DNA of 64,000 nt, from NCBI GenBank assembly GCA_051294375.1, contig CM119266.1:22325875-22389874 (forward strand). The letters run 5' to 3'. The position numbers and the translations under genes were made by a program. Numbering within the stretch: position 1 is the first letter of the stretch; every line of letters begins with the position of its first letter. Shown one piece after another: positions 1-14,145 of the stretch. Under the pieces are notes generated by a model, which was given only the letters and a program-made list of their open reading frames with translations, was not told the DNA's origin and searched no databases. The DNA comes from Paraspadella gotoi (lineage: Eukaryota > Animalia > Chaetognatha).

Positions 1-1279
1 GGAAATAAAAAAGAAACGAGGAGAAAACCTCTACATAGAAAGCAGTTATAAAAACACCAAAGGTTTTGAAGAAGAAAATAATGTGAAAAAAACAATTGAC
101 AACGGGGCAAGGAAATATTTTATTTATTTTAAAATATATTTAAATACTATTCTACATTTTTATTTCTCATCCACCTTTTTATTTTCTTAAATTTTACAAT
201 TTTATTTTAAATTTATTTTCAGATTACTATTTTATATTTACAATCTTACTCGTTTGCGCACAGTTTTTTCTTACAAGATCCCTCGCTAATGTCATTCACT
301 TCCAATTTTCCCCCCGACTCAATTCAAAGTACACGTCATGTCCTCCTCTATCTTAGCTTATTTAATCATCTCACAGATTTCAAATCCTCTTCAGCTCTCA
401 TAATTCAAGTCTGGGTGACTAACCGCCAGAGTTAAAATTCTCCCATTCATCGGCCACTTCATTTAACGGAGAAACTCGGCCTTGAAAAAAACATTCTTTT
501 CTTCTCTCTTCATTTTTCATCTCCTATTATCCTTATTTCTTTTTCTAACAGCCTCCCTCTTTTTCGCCTCTTTCAATCTCTCTTTCTCTTTATGTTTGCT
601 CCTTTCCTCACCTTTTTCCATCCTTTCCTCCTTTTAGTTTGCGCCGCGAGTACTCCCGGAGAACTCTATATAAAGTACACATGTCCATATCATGTGATCA
701 AAGGCAAATGCACGTGAAAAATAAAGATCACTGCGGCGCAACATTCTCCTACAACTGTATTCCTTCTTTCTTCCTCGTTTTCTGTCAGTTTCTGTTCTTT
801 TCTATCTTTTCTCTTTCTCTACCTCTGCTTGATCCGACTGAGTTCCTTCTCTCTCATCCATAACTAATGCTCCTTCTAAATCTTGTTTTTTTGCTCGTTT
901 TTCGTTTCTCTCAATCTTTATTTCCAGTTTCGACTCATATTTATCCCGTTACTACTATATTAATCAATTAACGACTATCTTTTTCTATTATCTTCCCTCC
1001 TAGTTATTGCAATGATCCTATTCCTTGACTACTTCCTACTTCCCTCGTCAACCACCCCTTCTATTTTCCTCCCTTCCTTCCTCCCAACTTTTCCTTTTCC
1101 CTTCCTCTTCTCATTCTTCCCAAGGTTCGTTCAGGCGCGCACGAACATAAATTAATCATGTCAATTCAAGAATCTTCCAAAAAAGAAAAAAAAAGAAAAA
1201 TCATTTTCTTTGTTTTCTCTTCGCTTCTTGCGCTCAACCAAACTCCTTCATCCTCCAACCAAATAAGCTTAAACTCTCT

Positions 1280-1339
<60 letters not shown>

Positions 1340-3772
1340 TCTCGCTCTCTCCTTCTCCTCTCTTCTCACTTCTCCTTTCTCCTTCCCCTCAAGGGGCGGC
1401 TTGTTTCCCCCATCACAACCCCGTCTTACCGGGGGCGGACTCAAAGTGGCATTGAAAGGAGACGACTCCCCATTACCACGTCAGACGACGACGACGACGA
1501 CGACTACAAGAAACAACAACCAACGACGAATACAGGCGACGACGACGCGAGGCCCCCGTGCGCCCTCTGACGCGCGACGAGGGGAAATCAAAGGAGCGGA
1601 AGAGAAAAAACTGAAATCGCCGGAAGTCGGTGACGTTGATAAGCGATCGAGATGACGACGACGACGACGAACGACACGACACGACGACGACAGATGACAA
1701 GAAATAAAAATTTTAAACCAGTGGCTGACAATGTTTAGAAACAATGACGACATATCTACCGATGATGGTTAGCATAGACCCATGCTAAATATCAATGGTC
1801 AATTTCGAAAAGAGAATAACTGACTAGGGAACTATATCAATACAACGAAACGCCTGACCAATGACATGCCTACAAAAAACTCACCGACTTTAAAAAACAT
1901 CTCGCGGTTAAGTAAAAAAAAAATTTAGGAACATTAAAAAAAAAGGTTCAAAAAAGTTTTGAGCGATTTGAAAAAGTAAAGGATAATATATCTTATTCGT
2001 ATTGAAAAGAAGAGTTTGACTATAAAAGAAGATGATAGAAAATCCTAAAAAGAAAGATATAAATAATGAAAATTTAATACAAAATAAACATATTAAATAC
2101 TATAACAGAGTAGTCAAAAACACGGAAAAAAAGCGAACGTCAAATTTAAACGAATTTAAACTAAATTGAAAAATTTCCAATGACGGTCTTAAAGAATTCT
2201 TGTACTAAGTCAAATAAAAGCATATGATTAGAAGTAATTAGTTTCAACGAACGACCATTGACGAGACTACGACGACGACGATCAGCGACGACGATAGCGA
2301 CGCTGCGTCACGATCGTCAAACATAACGACACTACAATCACAATTACGAGTCCGAAAACGATGAAGATGATGGATAAAACGTTAACGGGATGACATTGTA
2401 GTCAACGAGAAAGGAGTTCTACTTCCAAAACAAACAACAACGACGACGACGACAAGTTTTCCGTCGTGATGACGCGGAATCGACGTTCATTCGGGGCAAA
2501 AACCGATGACGTCATACTACGTTACGTCAAGACGTTACGACGGGAGCGAAACGGAGGATAGACGAGCGTCGAACTCCCGTCGAAAGACGAGCGAGCATCG
2601 TCGTCGGTCGTCGTCGTCGTCGTCGTCGTCATAGTTATCTTCTTGTGTGACGCGCCAGTGATTCTGGGTGAGAAATTTCCGAAGGCTTCGAATTGGACCT
2701 ACATTTTATCGGAGTTAAAATGGGTCGTCGGATTCCGCTATCGTGACAAATAGATTTACTTCAATAATGTACTCGTTTCACAGGATTGTTTCGATGAAAT
2801 TGGTGGTTTAAGGCCTCTCACACTCTTACAAGATAATGACAAGCTTTCATCAAGAATCTCTCACAGTATCGTTTATTCATCCCAGTGTTCCTAGTTCCCT
2901 ATCAGTGAAGTGGTATAATATTTCAAAGAAGGTTTCAATTGTATGGAAAAGACCACTCCTTAAGTATTAATCGGAATACTATAGTTGTACTCCGCCCAGC
3001 ATCAAAATACAACTATTACAAGGAGCTGAATTTTATGAATAAGAATATAATTTTTATAAACCTCGCTCTTTCCTTGGTTAAACTTTTTGTTAATATCATC
3101 TCTTTCTGGGTGAGTTAAGATTATATTAACTTCCTTAAGATGGCAAAAGAAGAGAGAAAGACTCAGATATCACAAATTTGTGAGTCTTGAAAGAATCTCT
3201 CTCTCTCACCCGCGTCCTCCAACTGACTCATCAGTCTCTTGTGAAATCTTACAATCGTGAATGAAAAATAAAGATAAACTGGAAGCAGTTCCAAGATTTT
3301 TCATTCACGAACTTCGCGGCGCGATCGCGTGTGAAAGGGTTAGAGAAACTGGGATCAACGACGAGTTGTGAAAATGAAAAGGCGAAGCGACGACGACGAC
3401 GACGACGAACGAGTCACAAAGCGGAAAACTCATCTTTTATGATGAACGGGAAAATGTAGCGCGAGCGCGCCAGAGTCGGAGGGCGTAGACGGCGTGGCGG
3501 TGGCGGCAGCGGCGAAACGGGCGCGTCGTGAAAAAGAGAGTGAGATTTTGTGATGGATAGTCGCGAGGCGATCGCCGGATTACGCAAGCGAGTTCAGGTA
3601 CCGAGTGAGAAAGTGAGCGAGTGAGAGAGAGAGAGAATGAATGAAAGAGTAAAGGTAAAATATGGTTTTTGTTCACCTCTTTCAGAACAACCTTCACTTT
3701 AAATTTTCAACATCTATTTTGAATTTTAATTTCATTATGCGTTCTACTTTTTCTTCTAGCTCTCTCTGTTCT

Positions 3773-3834
<62 letters not shown>

Positions 3835-4569
3835 TCTCTGACTCTTCTTATTTCTTGTCTTTCTCACTCAAAGATAACCCATCATCATAGCCAATCGATG
3901 CGAAAATATGGAGACATAGACGGCTGCGGCGGCGGCGGCGCGTCAGCGCGGCGGCGCGGCGGCGTCAGCGGCGGCGGCGGCGGCGTCAGCGGCTGGGGTG
4001 GACTCAAGGTCGTCGCCTGAAAGAGGGCGTGGTCTAGAGGTGTCTCTTTGGGGAGAGGAGCAGTTATGAGAAAGAGAGAAAGGAGAGAAGTAGATGTAGA
4101 AAAGAAAAAAAAGAAAAAAAAGGTTTTTCTCTCGATAGAAAGTCGCGCCCATCTGTTCCTTTGCTTCATCGCCTTCATCCAATGCCATCACTTCAGCGAT
4201 AATTTTTTTGCCATCTTTCTCATCTGCCACTGCTCGAAAACAATTGGCACTCCCAGGCCCGTGTAGTATAACATTTCATATTCATTTTTTATTATTGGAA
4301 ATATTTTGATAATTCCCATTTGATGTGCTTCATCGTCACTTCAAACTCTGAGAAAAGAAGAGGCATTCGTGAGAGGGGTGTCTCATTCGCCGGTTTCCTC
4401 CCAAAGGGAAGTGGCATTCACAAGGGGGAGTGGCGTTCCCGCTCCCGTGGGACGTCGTCACGTGACCGTTCAACGCGACGTCGCGACTCAAAGCGTTTGA
4501 TTAATTCTTTTCATTCTCCCGTCGTCGTCGTCGTCGTCGTTCATTTCTAATCCATCGGACAAAGGAATA
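1..4569. repeat. Segment B, copy 1 (also at 14802-17360 and 21506-26203)
   Basis: Collinear direct copies that differ mainly by scattered 1-2 nt indels. Confidence 0.95.
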
Positions 4570-4594
4570 NNNNNNNNNNNNNNNNNNNNNNNNN

Positions 4595-5156
4595 CTAAAT
4601 ACGGACGACATGATTATATTCACATTCGAGGAACATCCGGGGGATTTCGAAGCAACATCCTTGGGGGCGGGTTGGTGCGGGGGGATTTTGGCGTGGGCGG
4701 TCAGAGGCACGACGAGGACGTTAGCGGCGGGGGGGGGAGGGGGGAGGATGGGGAGGAGGGTAGAGTAAGGGCGGAGTCAATAGAGCTTGAGTGAAAGGGG
4801 ATGGGAAAGGAGATGGGAGAGAGATGGAAGAAGATATGGGGAGGAGATGGGAGGGAGATGGTAGAAAAGATGGGAGAGGAGTATGGGAGAGGAAATGGGA
4901 GAGGAGATGAGATAGGAGATGGGAGAGGAGATGGGAGAGAGATGAGATAGAAGATGGGAGAGGAGATGAAAGAAGAGATGGGATAGGAGATAGGAGAGAA
5001 GGTGGGAGAGAGGAGATGGGAGACGAGATGGTAAAGGAGATGGGAGAGAAGATGGAGAGGAGATGGGATAAGAGATTGGAGAGGTGAGGGGGCAGAGGAA
5101 AAGGGGCGAAGGAATCTTGTCACAGAACAGATGACCATCCGTCGTCTTCTGCGTTG

Positions 5157-5231
<75 letters not shown>

Positions 5232-5242
5232 AAAAAAGAGAA

Positions 5243-5277
<35 letters not shown>

Positions 5278-5647
5278 AGAGAACAGATGACCATCCATTT
5301 TCTTGAGACAGGCGCCACTGGAGGAAACTAGAGTAAATCAAGTTCTGAATGGACAAAAGAACTATTTCTTTTATATTCGAATTTATGAAAGAGAGAAAAA
5401 AGAAGAAAAAAAACCAAAGATTAGTTGTAAAAAATTTTATAAATAAGTAAAAAGTAAAAATAAATTACGAAATGGTAAAAATGTTCTATTTTTTGTTTAT
5501 TATAAAAAAAAAAGGATACTTTACATAAAAATAAAAAGAAGAATAAAATATAAACACTATTGTCTAATAAAACCCTTACTTTCTTATGCTTATTTTTTCT
5601 AATCCCTCCCATGACGACTTCACCCCTCTCTCTCGCTCTCTCTCTCG

Positions 5648-5711
<64 letters not shown>

Positions 5712-6470
5712 CCCCGCTTTTCTCTAATCCACATGAATATCGTATGAGGCGAGATCGCGCCAACGTCCAACGCCCACAGCCACTCGAGGGGGGGGGAGTG
5801 GTTAGAGAAAGAAAGGAGGGAGGGAGGATTTCGATGAGGAGTGGAAAGAGAAGAATATATGAAATTAGTACAATCAAGATAAAAATTATCCACTCATTTA
5901 ATAATAAACTATCTCGCCCTGACTTTGGACAGGCTTTTGTGCTTTAAAGGCATTCATCTTACGAGATAACGATATTGCAGGTCCCTGCAAATGAGGGAGA
6001 TCGGAACGAAAAAAAAACAATTGGGCGGTGGAGAGAAGAATTGCGAGAGGTCAAATGAAGTACTCGCGTCGTTCGATAATAAAACGAATACGATAGCGGT
6101 ATTAAATTACAGTTTACGTTGTTAATTTTCGATATGATATGAAGTGTAAACTGATAATGAAAAAAATAGACAAAGGAAACATCGCGATGAACAGGATTTC
6201 GTCGCAGACGAGGGAAAGCGATAATTGAACGGGGGGGGGAGAGGGGACGGAGGGGTGTAGGAAGAGTGGGAGACAGTGTGGAAATTAAATACAAACCGGT
6301 GTGAATAACGGAATGCACAACCTTACCTGCCGGCGGCGAGACGAAAACGCAATTTTAAATTCATAGCGTGATACAGGGAAAAATGGGTGAGGAATATAAT
6401 TTGCTATTAATTATTTAATTAATTTTTTTTTTTGTTAATATTGAGACTCACCATCGTCTTCTTCATTCTT
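4595..6470 (-). CDS. Possible 5' part of a spliced gene encoding a hydrophobic or membrane protein
   Basis: Minus-strand donors gtgagt (~6451), gtaagg (~6326) and gtaaga (~5962), and an acceptor at ~6151. Fragments read WIIFILIVLISYILLFPLLIEIL and LEWLWALDVGAISPHTIF. The reading frame cannot be reconstructed reliably. Confidence 0.2.
4800..5100. repeat. Degenerate ~12-bp purine minisatellite (GATGGGAGAGGA)n
   Basis: Direct inspection; it produces the spurious S/P/L/H-rich ORFs at 4701-5318. Confidence 0.8.
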
Positions 6471-7918
6471 CGACTCTGGGTCAACTTCCCGCACGTGAAG
6501 CAAAATTAGCGTCGGTCGGGAGTCGAAAAAAATCGTAACGAGAATTTTTACAAAACGCATTTACATTTTGCAATCGGCATGGAAATGGAATGGAATAGAA
6601 ATTTAGAGTTTTCTTTTTTAATTGTTCGAGATTTATAGAACTCTCCCTATCAACACTTAACAATTTTAAAAAAATGATTCATTGAAATGCATTAGTTAGA
6701 TTTCGATAAAAAATAATTTAAATATGAAATTGGTACAACCAATATAAAGATAAAGTAATTGCATGAATAGTATTCAGATGCAAAACTCTCTATAATAATT
6801 TTATAAGCTTGTATTGCTTATTGTGTTCCCAATCGATCGAGCTCACTTATTGTCCACATTCTCCTAATAATGATTTCCTCCTCCTCCTCCTCCTCCTCCT
6901 CCTCCCTCCTCCTCCCTTAACATCCTGATGAGCTTTTATCGTCGCAATACAAAGTTGAAGGTGGTCCCGCCTGCTGGCATCGATTCAGTTAAGTCCCAGG
7001 AATAAGTTAAATTCCTTTCCTAGTGTAAAGCAACTATCCCATTTCCGGGATTCGAAAAAAGAGCTTCATAGAGTTAACTAAATTCTTAGGGCATATATGA
7101 CCCAATGCCCAATGGTTCCTCAACTCAGTCTCCTTAACCTTGATCATCCTCACCCAAAGCCTCCGTCCACTCACCCACAACCCACCTTCTTTGTCAGACC
7201 CTTGACCCACAAAGATCAACGAATTCTCATCCTTGAGATTTTTTTTTTTATGGAAAATTCCATGTGATTTTCTTTTCTTTCTTTTTATTTTTATTTTTCT
7301 CCTTTTTTTTCCATCGTCAGCAGGGATGAAATTCTAAAGCGGCCGACGATTGTCGGTCTCCCACGCCCGACCATCGATTGGATCGCCCACGCCCTCCTCA
7401 AGCCTGGCTCTGCCCACGCGGGAGGCGACGGGACAGGACATCGCCTAGCAAAAACAAAACCAAACAAAACAAACAAAATAACCAGAAAACAAGAAGAGAA
7501 AAAATCAAAATAAAAAGGATAAACAATCAAGATAACTTAACAAAAATAAATTTAAAACAAACAAACAAAAAAAAAACAAGAAAAAAAAATATAAACAAAA
7601 CCAATCGCGGTCGAAACTCTCAAAGCCACCCACGTCTCGTTGTAAAAGTTCCCCTTCCGTTTTCTATCCTTTCCCTTCCCATCATTTCATTCCGCCCCCC
7701 ATCGAACCCCTCCTATCCTTAGTCATATTCAACCCTCACCACCTCTACCACCCCACCACCCTAGCCCCCCCCTAACGCCGCTAGATCTCGGACCGCTTCA
7801 CCGATTCGCCAAATAAAAACGATTTCGCCATGAACTTCCTACGAAAACCAATTTTTTTTTGCGCCTCATGTTTTTATTCGTTGTGTATTTCGGTCTGCTC
7901 TCTATTTTTCCTTATTCT

Positions 7919-10900
7919 CTTTTTTTTTTTTTTTGCTTTAAAAATTCTGACCATATTGGGCGTTTGGGTGTTTTCGTGGGCCAAACAAACCAACGACCAG
8001 CGCAGAGGAATTCGACGACGACGATGGCCAACGATCGAGGCACCTTGGACGACGTCGGACGACGACGACGACGAAGAACGTCGACGACTTATTCTGCCCC
8101 CAAAACAGATTTTATCTCCAATTTTTTTTACCAGATTTAATCTTTTGATTATTCCATTATACATCCGTCTTGTTATATATTTTCGCATTCAACATTTTTT
8201 TTTTCCACGTTCTCACATAACCACCTTTCCACGACGCCATTCCATATAATTCTCCATATCTTAAACACAACCCTCTCTTCACCACTCTCCTAACATATCT
8301 CACCCCGACTCTATAACGCCTTCCGACCCGCCCATCCCGCCCTTCCCGCCCTTTCGACCTCCTTAACGTCTTCAACGTAAAACAAAAAAAGGTAAACAAT
8401 CCCGAGGCCAACCGATATATTTTTTTCCTCGCGTTTTTTTTTATATTTTTTTTTTGCATAAATCGGGTGCATCGTAAAAAAACCCAAACTCCTCCTCCTT
8501 CTCTTCCTTCCTCCTCCTCCCATTTTAGAGCTAAACCCTGTTTTGAGATTTATGATTCGGACTACCTTCCAACTGGTCGGATGATATCATGACTGATGAA
8601 TTCACCCTCCTCATTTTGGTATTAAATACACTCCTCTACTTTATGAAGAGGTTAGTCAGAGCAGTCTATTCGACCACTTTTCGACTTCGCAAACGCGTCG
8701 AAAAAGTCGCAGACGACTGATTTAAGTGTGGTCGAAAGGTCCGAATTGACTCATTATCAAGTCGAATGCGAACGGGAGGCAGCATGAATTCATTAAACGG
8801 CTCTAATTTCGACGATCAATTAGTTCATTGTAGTGAATTCAAGTTTATAAATAGAGGTAGCCGCACTCAATGGCGGTGAGTCAAACGAAACATTAATAGA
8901 GAATACTTTCCAATGGACAAAAAATTCTAATATGGTCGTATACCTAAGTAATTATTTTTTTTAAATATTTATTTATAGAAATAGGAAGGCCAGAAATTTT
9001 TAGAGTTATTAAATTTTAAGACCAGATTCAAATAGCTCATAAAAAAGTTGTTAAACTACACAAAAAGGTATAATTCTTTTTTTAAATATTTTTTACGATA
9101 AGATGTATCAAAAATAGGAAAACCATAAAAATCATTCATTCATCTTTTGATGATTTATCAGTTTTTTTATATATTTTCATTGTAATTATATTTCTTGTTT
9201 TTACTTTTTGTGCTCTATCAGATTCATAATCAAAAAATTTTAAGATTTAAAAAAAAAATTTTGCTCATATAATAATATAATATTTCTAATTAGGCTAGTA
9301 CCCTCAGAAAGAAAGCATTTTGCACAAAAAAAATAACATAAAAAACAAAATAACAGAAAGTGAATTCAATGTTTATGAATTCAATAAAAACAAATTTTCC
9401 CTTTATTAATGATTTCAATATTGAATAACAGAAAGTGAAATTCAATGTTATAAATGAATTTCAATAAAACAAAATCCTTTGGTTTTTCTTCTTGTCCGCC
9501 ATCCACTATCATTTTCGTCATCTAATTTTCAAAATGCCATTGTTTTTAAAAAAAACCTTATATGTGCTGCATTTACTTTAATCCAATGCTTTTAAAAATA
9601 CTTTAATATAAAACTGGCAAATAAAAACGTGAATAAAATCAATGCAGAATTAAAATCAATTCACAAAAATTATGTGAAATCAAGTTATATAAAAATTTCT
9701 TAAAAATCAAATTTGCGAAGAAAAAACCGGAAAAAAATATGCATTGCTATATCGGCAATTAAAAACAAAATATTGGGTTTGCCGAGTAACACAAACTACC
9801 AAAAAAAAATTTAAAAAAATCATGGAAATTAATTAATGATGTGAATTCAGCTCAAATGAAATTCATTTATCATGAATGTTTGTAGCAACAGAAGACTTAG
9901 AAGTATTTTTTTTTTAACACGCATTTGAAGAGCTTAAGTGTCTCTTTAAAATTACAATTCTGTGCAAAAGCTCTTACAGCAATTATGGCACAACTATTAT
10001 GGATTTGTTTAACCGCAACCTTTTTCCCTAAAAATTAGAATCAATAGTCATACTAATGTCTTCTGAGATTGTTTCGTCAGAACAAGGAAAACAAACAAAT
10101 TTCGTTTCTTCCCCATGTAATTTTTGAAAAAACCAACCACGAGCCATCCAAGTGAACTCGGCATTAAAAACAAGAATGAATGCAGTCTTTTGTTGCATTT
10201 ATAATATTTTTTAATGCTACAATGATTAACGACCTGAAAATTCTCATTAATATCCAATATTATTTGGACAAAGTTCTAGAATTCCAATGCGTGTGTGTGA
10301 AGTTTCCAATTCCAATTTAAATTTTTATCAACGTTTTGAAGAACATTTAAAAACCAGTTCCAAACACACTATTGACAAATCCTTTCATTTTGTTATGTTA
10401 GAGCTTAAGGCTGGGAGCAACGGTTAACCATTATTGTTACGTTCGTCATGATCCCGGGTTCAACTTCCAGATAAAAAAATATATTTTTTAAATTTTTCGA
10501 ATTTTTTTTATTTTATCCTCTCGTTTTAATTTATCAAATATATTTATATAAAGCGATTGTCTTTGTTTGATTTAATTGTTTTTTAAAAAAATTTCCAAAA
10601 ACTGGTCTCGTAGTATGAAATTTAAGAATGAATCTGCAAAAAGTGAATTCATTCTTTTAAAACCGCTTTGTTAGCTACATGTCACTCTTAAAGAGCAAGG
10701 AAACTTTCAGTCTCATATTCGTAGTTCCCATTGTTATTTACTGCAATGGGATGAATTTCATTTATAAATTCAACTAAATAATTTCGTCTCTAACGGATCT
10801 CATCAACTGAATTTCATAAATGAATCTGAGAATGTGAATTCATTACAATGAAACTGACAAAAGAACTTCATCGAATCAAAGTAATGACTGTTAACCATAT

Positions 10901-13900
10901 GCCAAGAGTTGTTTCTTTTATATTTCTATCCTCCGTTTTATTTTTTAGTGTAATAATTCATTTCATTGATTCACCGTATAGAATTGTCTCATATCTTTTT
11001 GTTGCTTGAAGATAATTGCGCTTAGATCTTTCTTCACGTTAATGAATTTCATAATTAGGAGGAGTAAGTGGAGGAGTTAGAGGAGGATGAGAAGTAGATG
11101 CCCAATAATAACAGGGAGTGCAATTTAATAGAAGATGAGGAGCATGAATACATAAAATCATGAAATCATGATTTCATTGTACCGTTTGAGGTTAGTCGAA
11201 TCATAGATCGAATAAGGGCTTCTACTCTGAATAGCTTATTGAAGGCATTCTTTCTTCCTCCTCCTCCTACTCCCCTGCCTACTCCTCCTCACTATTATTG
11301 AATTCATCGAGCGGTATTTCAACAAATAAACTACTCATTTACTGCAGATAAAAGCTAGAGAGCTTTCTTGGTGAATCCATAGATGTATTCAGGTTTCAGT
11401 GAGAGAAAAGAAAAGCATTCTGATCTCCGTATCGCAGTGAAAACATCGTCCAAAGCCTCTCGCTACCCAACTGATAAGTCTTCAGTGAGCAATAGTAAAC
11501 ATTCTCATTTCACAATGGAATTCATTTCTCACAAATAATCATATTCGAAATCATGATTTGCATAAAAATTTCATAAAACATCGAATTGGAATCATTGCAA
11601 GGCTTAAAGTTTGATGGCAAATTAAATGGGTCATCGGTATGATTATCTCGTCACGATGGAATCCAAACACTGTATCTCATTGATAGGAGTAAAATATTTC
11701 TTCTGTACTCTTGAGTATAAAATACTTTCCGTATTACTTGTTACAGTTATCTGGTTAGATTTGAAAAGGATTTATTCCGTCTCAATGATTCAAACTTCAA
11801 AATCAATGTAGAACACATTGATTCCTCTTAGTCTCTAGGCTTTGAGTGTCAACTGAAAATAATAAATAAAATAAATAAAAAAATAAAATAAATTATTATT
11901 AATTTAGTTGTTTTCATTTAAGTTAGTTTAAAATTGTAAACATTTTTTATTGGGGTTTGAAAAAGGGGTATTTTTTTCTCTTTTTGGACGAATTCATAAT
12001 GCCATATCTTGGCCTTGGATTATCTAATTTAACAAAAAATTTTATATGATTTAGCCAAATCCTTTCTTAACCTTTGTTCTAACCTACTTTCTATAACTAA
12101 TAAAAAAATTGAAATTTGATAAAGTATTAATAAAATACTTTGTTTATAAAAGTAATATCTTAAAAAATTAATATCTCAATTTTGAAAATAAAGTTTAAAA
12201 TTTTCCAAAAATAAGCTATATACATTGTTAATTGTTATGCACTTGAAAACAAATAAAAAAATACTTACCTAGTAAGGAGATATTAGTAAGTAGAAAAATC
12301 TTTAAATCCCACAATATTGACAAGTATTCAGTGAATAGTGAGTTGAAAAAAATATGTATTCTTTGGTGAATACTTTAGTGTGTGAATCTCATGAAGTAGA
12401 AATTTATGAGAATGAATTCATTTCATTTAGTTTAATGTGGACCATTTTTTAAAAGTTTTGTATTATTAAGTAGTATTATTCTTTTTGAAATACTTAGGCT
12501 GTGTGAATTCATGCAGTAGAAATTTATAAGAAAAAACTTCATATGAACATTTTTGTATTCCTTCCTCCACCTCCTCCTCCTACCCCCCTCCAGCGGTACG
12601 TAGCTTATGTTTGCCGGCTTCGAGGAGCTATCGTACAAAATTGGATGCGCGCACCGATGGTAATACGCGGTAGAACCAATGGCGCGAGAACCGGCTCGTT
12701 CGGTCGCAGTTGTGACACGGCGCGTACGGCGTCATGCGGGCCGTCACCCTCTCCGCCTTTTATCGACTACTTAATCTGACGAGCGAGAGCTCGCACGGCA
12801 ACACCGCACTAGGAACGAATTGGGGCTTGCTCCTGGCGCTTTAACTATTTGCAATTGGAAAGCATTGGAGGAACGATCTTTTTATCCTTATCTGAATTAC
12901 ATGTGGTGTTTAATATCTTTGACTATATGTATGTAACAATTCTATAGTTTAGACATACTGAAATGTACCTTCCTATTTTATTTAGTTTTATGGCTTCTGA
13001 ATAGAGGATTCTATTGTAAAAACGTCTGAACGGAGGTTACTGTCGATAAAGTGACGTAGCCCAAACATTAAAAAAACACACTCCCAACCAAAGCGCAACC
13101 TACCGCACTACTACAAATCTGTCACGGCGTCTCCCATTAGGAGATTATCATATACCCGACTTAGAATTGCGCCCAGAAAACCTTTGGGACGCAAATCCCT
13201 GCGGACCACACATTCTGTAGCATACACAAATCGCTCCTATATTAATTAAACATATTATTATAATATCACATATCCAAAACCGATGGGTCCGTCAATCTGA
13301 CAACGAAACAATCTCGATAACTAAAGTTTGCTAAAAAAGATAAAAAACACAAAAACCAATAATATTTTCTAGAGAAAAGAAATAAATTATAGATTATAAT
13401 AGAGAAAATCAAAGCTAAAAAAGAGGAAAAGATGACGAGAAAGAAGGAAGAAAGCGAAGCAGAGACAGAAAAAAGGATAAGTGAGAAGAAAGAAAAGAAA
13501 AGAAACGATAAAAAAGAAAAAAAAGGAAAAAGAAAAGAAAAAAGGAAAAGAAAAGAAAAAGAAAAGAAACGAGACAAGAGAAGAAAGCAGAAAAAGAAAA
13601 GAAAAGAAAAAAAGCAAAAAGAAAAGAAAAGAAAAGTAAAAGAAAAGAAAAGAAAAGAAAAGAAAAGAAAAGAACAGAAAGAAACGAGAGAGAAGAAAGT
13701 CGGAAAAACGAAGCAGAAAGCGAATCTTTAGACTTCTTAGAGGAATCGTAAACAGGGAGAGCAAAGCGTGAAGTGTCACGTGAGATCGTGTCACGTGACA
13801 TCGACTCCTACCGCGGACAATGCAGCTCGCCTTCACAGTGACCAAAATCGGTGGGACTCGTCACGGAGCGTTTTCCCCGTTTTGATTGCACGGAAGGCGT

Positions 13901-14097
13901 CTGGAACGTAAATGTCTCTTCGTTGAAAAGCACTGAGAAAGAGAAGGAGAGAGAGAAAACTGCAGAGAGAAAGAGAGAAGAGAGAGAGAGAAAAACTGGA
14001 GAGGAAAGAAAAGAGAGAATAAAAAAGACGTTTTTGACAATTCAAATTGACGATAACGCATAAATGACTTACATGACAAAGTAACAATGTGTTGATT

Positions 14098-14145
<48 letters not shown>

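Noticed and set aside
3205-3240. Minus-strand CTGATGAGTC...GAC as a hammerhead ribozyme core
   Set aside because: The stem is not followed by the obligatory GAAA, and no stem III or cleavage triplet is evident.
4090-4235. Resemblance of DEKDGKKIIAEVMALDEGDEA to the N-terminus of proteasome ATPase Rpt1/PSMC2
   Set aside because: Only a short ALDEGD match; none of the highly conserved downstream Rpt1 or AAA motifs are visible.
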